From positions 1,822-65,821 of the IMG/VR virus record IMGVR_UViG_3300036851_000068: a DNA stretch of 64,000 bases; one strand, written 5' to 3'. The position numbers were made by a program, and so were the translations under genes. This document shows, in pieces, positions 58,390 through 64,000 of the stretch (positions within the stretch are counted from its first letter, which is position 1; each line of letters starts with the position of its first letter). Below the pieces are notes generated by a model that was not told where the DNA came from, searched no databases, and was given only the letters and a program-made list of their open reading frames with translations. The stretch is from a virus. Its lineage: Duplodnaviria; Caudoviricetes.

Positions 58390-60111
58390 ATGGCGATTAA
58401 CGAGGTAAAGGGAATCCGGTGGCGCGTCTCGCATGACCTGGGCGGCGGGCTGTCTGCACGTACGTTCGACGTAGCCTATACCAAAGTGGGCGCGCTGAAC
58501 GTGTGGGACTCCGGCCAGTACGATCAGATCGAGTTGTACCGTGGCGAGGCAGCGCCGGACCTTATCCGAATCAAGGCTGAGTGGGATGGCGATGAGCGCG
58601 ACGTAATCCTGGGCGTTGTTGACCGAAGCGGACGCGAGCAGACCGACGAGGGCGTGGCGGCGCATGTGATTGGACGCGACAAGGCGGCGCTGGTGCTTGA
58701 CCGTTTTCCGGCTGCGGCGTTCACGCTTCAGGGAAACGATGTTGTGGATAACGTTTTGGTGCCGAATCTGACATATCGCGAGGCTGTGGAAGAAGTTGCA
58801 GATCAGGCCGGGTTGACTGTTTCGTGGAACGTTGGGACGGATGATTACAACCTGGGTCGAAGCATTGCGGTAACGACGGACCAGTCTTTCGGTAAGATCA
58901 TTGCGCAATTGATGGAGCCGTGGCGCTTTGGCGAGAAGTACAGTCATGATGCCTGGGTTAGCGATGATGGTCTGGTGCTGCATGTGGTACGGCGCAACCT
59001 GTTGGGGTCTGTCAACGTTGACTTCAATCGCATGACAGTGAACAGGTACGAGAAGCGCGTGCTACCGGACATCAATGATGTGCGCGTTGAGGGTCAGTCG
59101 TATGAGACTGTGGTGGCGAGCGGGACGTTGGGCTTGTGTGACCCGATATTCCCGGAGACGTTTGTTAGGAGTTTTGGCGGGGGCCTTCCATCACAAAACT
59201 ATACTGAGACTACGAAGGTGTACAAAAATACTGTGTGTCAGGTGACGAAGGTTGAGATCACGCAGCAGTATGCGGACAACCTGAAGACAGTTGTTAAGAC
59301 GGTATTGTTCACCTATTGGTCTGCGCCGGGCACACCAAAGGATGGAAAGGTAAAGACACAGACGTATGAGCATCGGGAAACGAACAGTCAAACAGGCGCG
59401 GTGAATCCGCTGAAGACTGATGGCACGCAGGGCGCTTCGGTAAACGTGACGTTCTCATATTCGAATGTGCTGCGTGAGTCTATGACCAAGGAGTTTGATT
59501 ACTACAGCGATAATGGTGACACGAAGACGACCGATGAGAGTCATGAAAAGGCTGACAGGCCGGTGGGTCCTACTGGGTTGGACCCGACTGCGGGCGGGTT
59601 GGTGGCGGATTACAGGCCGTCACATCGGACGTTCAAACAGTTCACGTATGCGCGCGGCGTGGGCCAGACGTATCGCATTGTGGCTGTTCAGAATCACAGG
59701 TTGATTAACGAGCGCATTGAGCCAACAAACAACGAGGTGCAGGTGGAGATTCCACCGTACACTGTTAGCGAGGCTACTTTGGCGGCTGTGAATCAGGGGT
59801 TTAAGCAGGAGACGGTAACGTTGTCGGCGGGCGGCGAGGATGCGAAGCGTGTGGAACAGTCGGACCTGTTGGGAGATCAAACGTCTATTGACCTGATTCG
59901 TACGCGGTTGCTGGAGGAGCAAGACCTGAAGATCGTGGAGGCATCGGTGAACATGCTGCCAGACCACCTTGTGAAGCCGGGATGGACGTTGGTTATAGAG
60001 GGAGCACCGTCCTGGTTTGACATTAGCAGCCTGTACATTCTGTCGTCGGATATTGACGCTGATGAGCATGGTGCGATTCAGATGTTGCGCTGCATAGGGT
60101 TCCTATCATGA
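58390..60111 (+). CDS. tail tip hub/Tal-like protein
   Basis: Position; GVVD..IGRD.AA..LD hub-like N-terminus; C-terminal PGWTLVI...YIL. Confidence 0.6.
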   Translation: MAINEVKGIRWRVSHDLGGGLSARTFDVAYTKVGALNVWDSGQYDQIELYRGEAAPDLIRIKAEWDGDERDVILGVVDRSGREQTDEGVAAHVIGRDKAALVLDRFPAAAFTLQGNDVVDNVLVPNLTYREAVEEVADQAGLTVSWNVGTDDYNLGRSIAVTTDQSFGKIIAQLMEPWRFGEKYSHDAWVSDDGLVLHVVRRNLLGSVNVDFNRMTVNRYEKRVLPDINDVRVEGQSYETVVASGTLGLCDPIFPETFVRSFGGGLPSQNYTETTKVYKNTVCQVTKVEITQQYADNLKTVVKTVLFTYWSAPGTPKDGKVKTQTYEHRETNSQTGAVNPLKTDGTQGASVNVTFSYSNVLRESMTKEFDYYSDNGDTKTTDESHEKADRPVGPTGLDPTAGGLVADYRPSHRTFKQFTYARGVGQTYRIVAVQNHRLINERIEPTNNEVQVEIPPYTVSEATLAAVNQGFKQETVTLSAGGEDAKRVEQSDLLGDQTSIDLIRTRLLEEQDLKIVEASVNMLPDHLVKPGWTLVIEGAPSWFDISSLYILSSDIDADEHGAIQMLRCIGFLS

Positions 60112-60338
60112 GCGGACTCTTTGACCGCATGAGCGAGGACGCTGTGAAGTCTGCGCCCATTGAGCGCGAGGATAAGGCAGTGGTGGTCGCGTTCGATCAG
60201 GATAGCGCCGCGTATACCTTGACTTATCGCGGAACTGATGTGGGTCCGGTGTGGAGTCTGAACGCTGTCCGTTATGAGGTTGGTGCGGTCGTTAAGGTTG
60301 TTGTGGTAGGAAACGTTGTAAAGTCGGTAATACCCTAG
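60108..60338 (+). CDS. small OB-fold-like tail tip protein
   Basis: Beta-rich; YEVGAVVKV. Confidence 0.45.
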   Translation: MSGLFDRMSEDAVKSAPIEREDKAVVVAFDQDSAAYTLTYRGTDVGPVWSLNAVRYEVGAVVKVVVVGNVVKSVIP

Positions 60339-61609
60339 TGGGCAATCCTCTGCTAGATGCCATCCTTCGTAGGTGGCGCAAGGACTTGTTTGAAAAGTCG
60401 GCGCGCGTAAAGCCGCTGGTGTCTGCATTTTCTGTTCCTGGTAAACGCAGCAAGGGGTTTGACTTTGCGTCGCAGTATGTGGATGTGTTGCCAGGCATTG
60501 GTGCGGAGGCTGACTGGCAGGCATATGCGGTGTTTCTTGAGGACGGGGCGATGAATATTGACAGTATTGAGTTTCATCGTTCTATTGACTTTGACGCGGC
60601 AGATCGAATATACGTTGTGTGGGTCGGTGAGGACCAGAGCGCATTCGCATTTCACTATAATTTACAATACTCTGACGACGGTGGTGTTACGTGGAGCGCG
60701 ATGGACTCCCTGAATGTTAGCACTACTGTTCCGCCGTTGGGACGTTCCGAGTCAAGATTCGGCGGTATCATTGTTCACAGCGATAAGGTGATGGCCTATT
60801 CGAGAGGATTGGTGGCTACCGGGGCAGACCCACCGGCAAGGAAGATTTATAAGAGTGTATGGGATGCAGTATGGACAGGCCCTGTACTGTGGCACTCTGT
60901 CACTGGGCATAATCTATTCTCGATGAGGCCGCTGCGAAGCAGGGACCGAAGCGTAGCGGGCATGTTGTACGGTCAGCAGCAGTTAGCAGTGCCGAACAGA
61001 ATGAGGTTTTTTTACGCACCTTTGGATGCTAACGGCAATGCCACAGCGCATGAGGAGGTTGCGGACTCAGACGATGGCGACCCAACGAATGAACTGTCAG
61101 CGTCTCCTGCGTTGGCGTTCAATGAGTCAAACGAGGCTGTAGTGCTTTTTTTGCATGAATCTTTGAGCGAGATATGGTACAAGGTTCGCACGGGCGGGGC
61201 GTGGCCTGCGGAGTTCACGAAGGTTGCGCTGGGGGACGTGGATGCGCCTGTTGTGCCGGAGGCGTTCAGGGTAATTTTCTTTGCGAGTACCCCGACGTGG
61301 GGAGGCGGTCAGCATTTGGCGAACGGGGATGCTCACGCACTGCGGGACGACGTTAGCGAGCAGGATGCGAAATTCGTGTATCGAAAGAGAGAGTCGGGCG
61401 TGTGGTCAGCCGAGGATGTAGACTTTGCCAGCGTGGACGACTCGTCGCCGCAGATGAGCGGCGCAGGGTCTGAGTTTTACTCGGGTGAACACTGGATGGG
61501 GCCTTATGAGTTGAACGGAAGAATCTTTGCGCTGGTGTGGATGACTAGCCCGCCTTTTCCTTCGTTTCCTCATCCGTGGTCACTTTGGTTTGTGACTCGC
61601 GAGATATGA
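60338..61609 (+). CDS. beta-propeller (Asp-box/BNR) tail protein, putative receptor-binding
   Basis: YSDDGGVTWS Asp-box; periodic Y..r.GG.W blades. Confidence 0.65.
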   Translation: MGNPLLDAILRRWRKDLFEKSARVKPLVSAFSVPGKRSKGFDFASQYVDVLPGIGAEADWQAYAVFLEDGAMNIDSIEFHRSIDFDAADRIYVVWVGEDQSAFAFHYNLQYSDDGGVTWSAMDSLNVSTTVPPLGRSESRFGGIIVHSDKVMAYSRGLVATGADPPARKIYKSVWDAVWTGPVLWHSVTGHNLFSMRPLRSRDRSVAGMLYGQQQLAVPNRMRFFYAPLDANGNATAHEEVADSDDGDPTNELSASPALAFNESNEAVVLFLHESLSEIWYKVRTGGAWPAEFTKVALGDVDAPVVPEAFRVIFFASTPTWGGGQHLANGDAHALRDDVSEQDAKFVYRKRESGVWSAEDVDFASVDDSSPQMSGAGSEFYSGEHWMGPYELNGRIFALVWMTSPPFPSFPHPWSLWFVTREI

Positions 61610-61626
61610 TGGGCCGGAAAGGGCTG

Positions 61627-61655
61627 TTGCCAAAACGGTTGAAAATGGATAAGAT
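61627..61655 (+). promoter_or_regulatory. sigma70-type promoter for ftsH
   Basis: TTGCCA-17 bp-TAAGAT; AGGAGG SD downstream. Confidence 0.65.
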
Positions 61656-61682
61656 ACGTCTAATCCTGTTCAGGAGGCAGAC

Positions 61683-63377
61683 ATGAAGTTCAAGTATCGT
61701 GTGCTGCATTTGGTAAAGCGTACTGTATTCTGGCTTGGTGTCGCGTGGTTGTCATTGTGGCTCATTAGGTCCCCGAACTGGGAGATCATCAAGATTGCTC
61801 TGCAAGTTGCCATGCAGGTTCTCATCGTTGTTATCTTCGTGGGCGGTCAGATTCTCATGTTCGTCTATTTCATGGCGCGTACCCGCGATGAGTTGATTCT
61901 GCCTGGCAGTCCTATGGCGACGACTCTGGATGATTACTGGGGCCAGCCGAGGCTGAAGGAACTTGTGCAGCAGTGGGTAATTCTACTGAAGAATCCGAAG
62001 GCGTATCGCATGCTAGGAGGGCTGAAGCCGAAAGGCGCGCTGCTGGAAGGTCCTCCGGGGTTCGGCAAGTCATTCCTGGCGAAGTGTATCGCTGGCAGTG
62101 CGGGCATTCCATTCATTAGCATGGATGCGGCCAGCCTGCGCAGCGTGTGGATGGGCATTGGTAGCGTAAAAATCATGATGAAATTTGGTAAGGCACGAAA
62201 GTTAGCACAGGAGTACGGAAGTTGCATCTTCTTCATGGATGAGATAGACGCCATAGGAGCAAGTAGATATGGCGTGGTGGGAAATGATAGGCCGGGCGTG
62301 AAACCGATGATTATGGGCGGGATGGGCGGCAGTAGCGGCGGCGGGGAACTGAACACGCTTCTCTACGAGTTGGATGGTAAGATTCCGGCGCTACCGTGGT
62401 GGCTGAAACCATTTGGGCTATTCATTCGGTTGGTGAATCCTAAGTGGATGCCGCCGGAATCAAGTGATGTGGTGTTCTTCATGGGTGCGACGAATAGGCC
62501 GGACATTTTGGACCCAGCGCTGACGCGAGCCGGGCGCTTGAACCGGCGCATTCCGGTGGATAGGCCGGACTGGGAAGGACGGCGCGAGATTTTGAAGGGG
62601 TACGTTGGTCAGGTGCGCTCGAAGGACATTGACTTTGATGCGCTGACGGATGAGACGGCGTACATGAGTCCGGCTGACATTCGGCAACTTACTCTTGAGG
62701 AGGCAACCCGTAAGGCGCACTTCGCGAGTCGTGAGTATGTTACCATGCAGGACTTTGAGGAGAGTATCAGCGAGATTCATGTGGGCCTGAAGAACCCCTT
62801 TGCGTCTTTGAGGCCAGAGGAGCGCAAGGCTCTGGCTGTACACGAGGCTGGACATGCGGTGCTTGCGTGGGTTCTGACGGACCACAGGATTAGCAAGGTG
62901 ACCATTCAGCGGTACGGTAGCGCGCTGGGTCATGTGCTTCCTATCGAGGTGAAGGAGCGCAACCTGCGGACCTTGCGCGACTACTATCACAGCCTGGTCA
63001 TAAGCATGGGCGGGCGCGCGGGAGAGGTAGTGGCGCATGAGTTGATGAGCAGTGTGGGCGGGGACTATCCTTCGGTAATGTCGTATGGTGGCTGGCTGTT
63101 GTCGCGTGGTATGTGGGGCACACCAGTCAATACGGAAGCCGAGGCAAGCCTGCGGTTCCGGGCACTGTTCAACGTGGGCCTGGAGGATGCAGTGCGGTTG
63201 CTGCGCAAATATGCGTTGCTACACAACGCGCTCATTGAGGCGTTGCTGATGAAAGACGAGTTGAATCATGCCGAGGTAGAGGCGCTGTTTCAGGCATCGG
63301 GACAGGGCGAAAGGCCGGTTGAAAAACTGTCCTTGCCCACTGAGCCAGCCCTTGCAGACCTACAAGCAGGGCGGTAA
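61683..63377 (+). CDS. ftsH: FtsH-like membrane AAA+ zinc metalloprotease
   Basis: Two TMs, GPPGFGKS, WMG pore loop, FMDEID, ATNRPDILDPALTRAGR, HEAGH, GGRAGE. Confidence 0.92.
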   Translation: MKFKYRVLHLVKRTVFWLGVAWLSLWLIRSPNWEIIKIALQVAMQVLIVVIFVGGQILMFVYFMARTRDELILPGSPMATTLDDYWGQPRLKELVQQWVILLKNPKAYRMLGGLKPKGALLEGPPGFGKSFLAKCIAGSAGIPFISMDAASLRSVWMGIGSVKIMMKFGKARKLAQEYGSCIFFMDEIDAIGASRYGVVGNDRPGVKPMIMGGMGGSSGGGELNTLLYELDGKIPALPWWLKPFGLFIRLVNPKWMPPESSDVVFFMGATNRPDILDPALTRAGRLNRRIPVDRPDWEGRREILKGYVGQVRSKDIDFDALTDETAYMSPADIRQLTLEEATRKAHFASREYVTMQDFEESISEIHVGLKNPFASLRPEERKALAVHEAGHAVLAWVLTDHRISKVTIQRYGSALGHVLPIEVKERNLRTLRDYYHSLVISMGGRAGEVVAHELMSSVGGDYPSVMSYGGWLLSRGMWGTPVNTEAEASLRFRALFNVGLEDAVRLLRKYALLHNALIEALLMKDELNHAEVEALFQASGQGERPVEKLSLPTEPALADLQAGR

Positions 63378-63413
63378 AATAAGGGGTATCACAAGTCCTG
63401 GGAGGGACCCGTA

Positions 63414-63839
63414 ATGAAGCGGCTGTTGGCAGTTTTGCTGGTGGCTGTTGTTGTGGGCGGATGCAACATCATTCCGCAGAGGGCGTCGAAGGTTGCGATG
63501 CCGGACCTGAAGGGCCTGGAGATATTGGGGAGTATGCCAGTCGTGTGTCCTGATGGTACGGTGGTTGTGATTCAGGGAATGTTAGACCGAGATCATCAAC
63601 CAGGTTATAATGCCGTGTATGTGGCGGCGGCAGCAAGCGAGGAAGGCATGGAACTGCATGAGCGTCCAATAGTCGTGATTGACTTCGACGTTGTTGCTGA
63701 TGGTGAGCCGGAACCCAAAAAGGCTTACATTGACAAGGACGAAGATGGTTACGCTGACGATGTGGTGGAACGGGAACAGTTCTATGCGAAGTATGGTAGT
63801 GACGTGTGTTCAGTAGCAAGTTCCATTCTCAAGAAGTAA
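63414..63839 (+). CDS. lipoprotein with DxDxDG motif
   Basis: Lipobox-like VGGC after signal peptide; YIDKDEDGYAD. Confidence 0.7.
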   Translation: MKRLLAVLLVAVVVGGCNIIPQRASKVAMPDLKGLEILGSMPVVCPDGTVVVIQGMLDRDHQPGYNAVYVAAAASEEGMELHERPIVVIDFDVVADGEPEPKKAYIDKDEDGYADDVVEREQFYAKYGSDVCSVASSILKK

Positions 63840-63859
63840 CTTCACTGGAGGCTATCTGA

Positions 63860-64000
63860 ATGGGCAACGAGCGTAAGCACGACGAGAACCCCCTGCTGAA
63901 ATTGCTTCGCGCAACAGGTGCGAAGTCAGACAGGGAGTACACACCCGAGGAAATGATACAGCACCTTCAGGAGCAGCATTATACAATCACAAAGGTTGAC
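63860..64000 (+). CDS. partial CDS running off the window
   Basis: GGAGG SD, ATG 63860, open to the end. Confidence 0.55.
   Translation, partial: MGNERKHDENPLLKLLRATGAKSDREYTPEEMIQHLQEQHYTITKVD

Noticed and set aside
1-64000. Long minus-strand ORFs (e.g. 7270-8295, 12825-14060, 19484-20461, 28495-29454)
   Set aside because: Antisense shadows of well-supported + strand genes; no motifs recognised
1-64000. Integrase, tRNAs, reverse transcriptase/DGR, stop-codon recoding
   Set aside because: No such motifs seen by eye; genes are intact under code 11 with TAA, TAG and TGA all used as stops

Overview
This window is most or all of a tailed dsDNA phage (siphovirus-like Caudoviricetes), with every credible gene on the + strand. 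No integrase, tRNA, CRISPR array or replicative helicase is visible. Layout: (i) 0-2.5 kb: holin-like membrane genes, a MazG-like gene and a stand-alone ClpP. (ii) 3-14 kb: replication/recombination (primase, SSB-like, NDT-like, DUF5664, DnaE, RecA, secreted trypsin-like protease, Cas4-like nuclease, RuvC). (iii) 14-27 kb: early/accessory region of small ORFs (DUF932, zincin, HTHs, secreted peptides) with structured intergenic segments. (iv) 27-28 kb: non-coding repeat-rich region, then TerS and TerL. (v) 30-52 kb: a portal-MuF-metallopeptidase fusion, fibre, prohead protease, HK97 capsid, accessory virion proteins, connector, tail tube, frameshifted tail chaperones and tape measure. (vi) 52.5-57 kb: an RmlB + three glycosyltransferases + methyltransferase cassette inside the tail module. 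(vii) tail tip/receptor-binding genes, then FtsH and a lipoprotein. Best leads: a palindromic operator GTGTAC-N14-GTACAC present in five perfect copies, all intergenic at module starts; the probable virion-glycosylation cassette; the portal-MuF-zincin fusion; and an unusually large protease set (FtsH, ClpP with Asp->Asn, trypsin, zincins) alongside a small secreted peptide. All calls come from motif recognition by eye; no database search was run.
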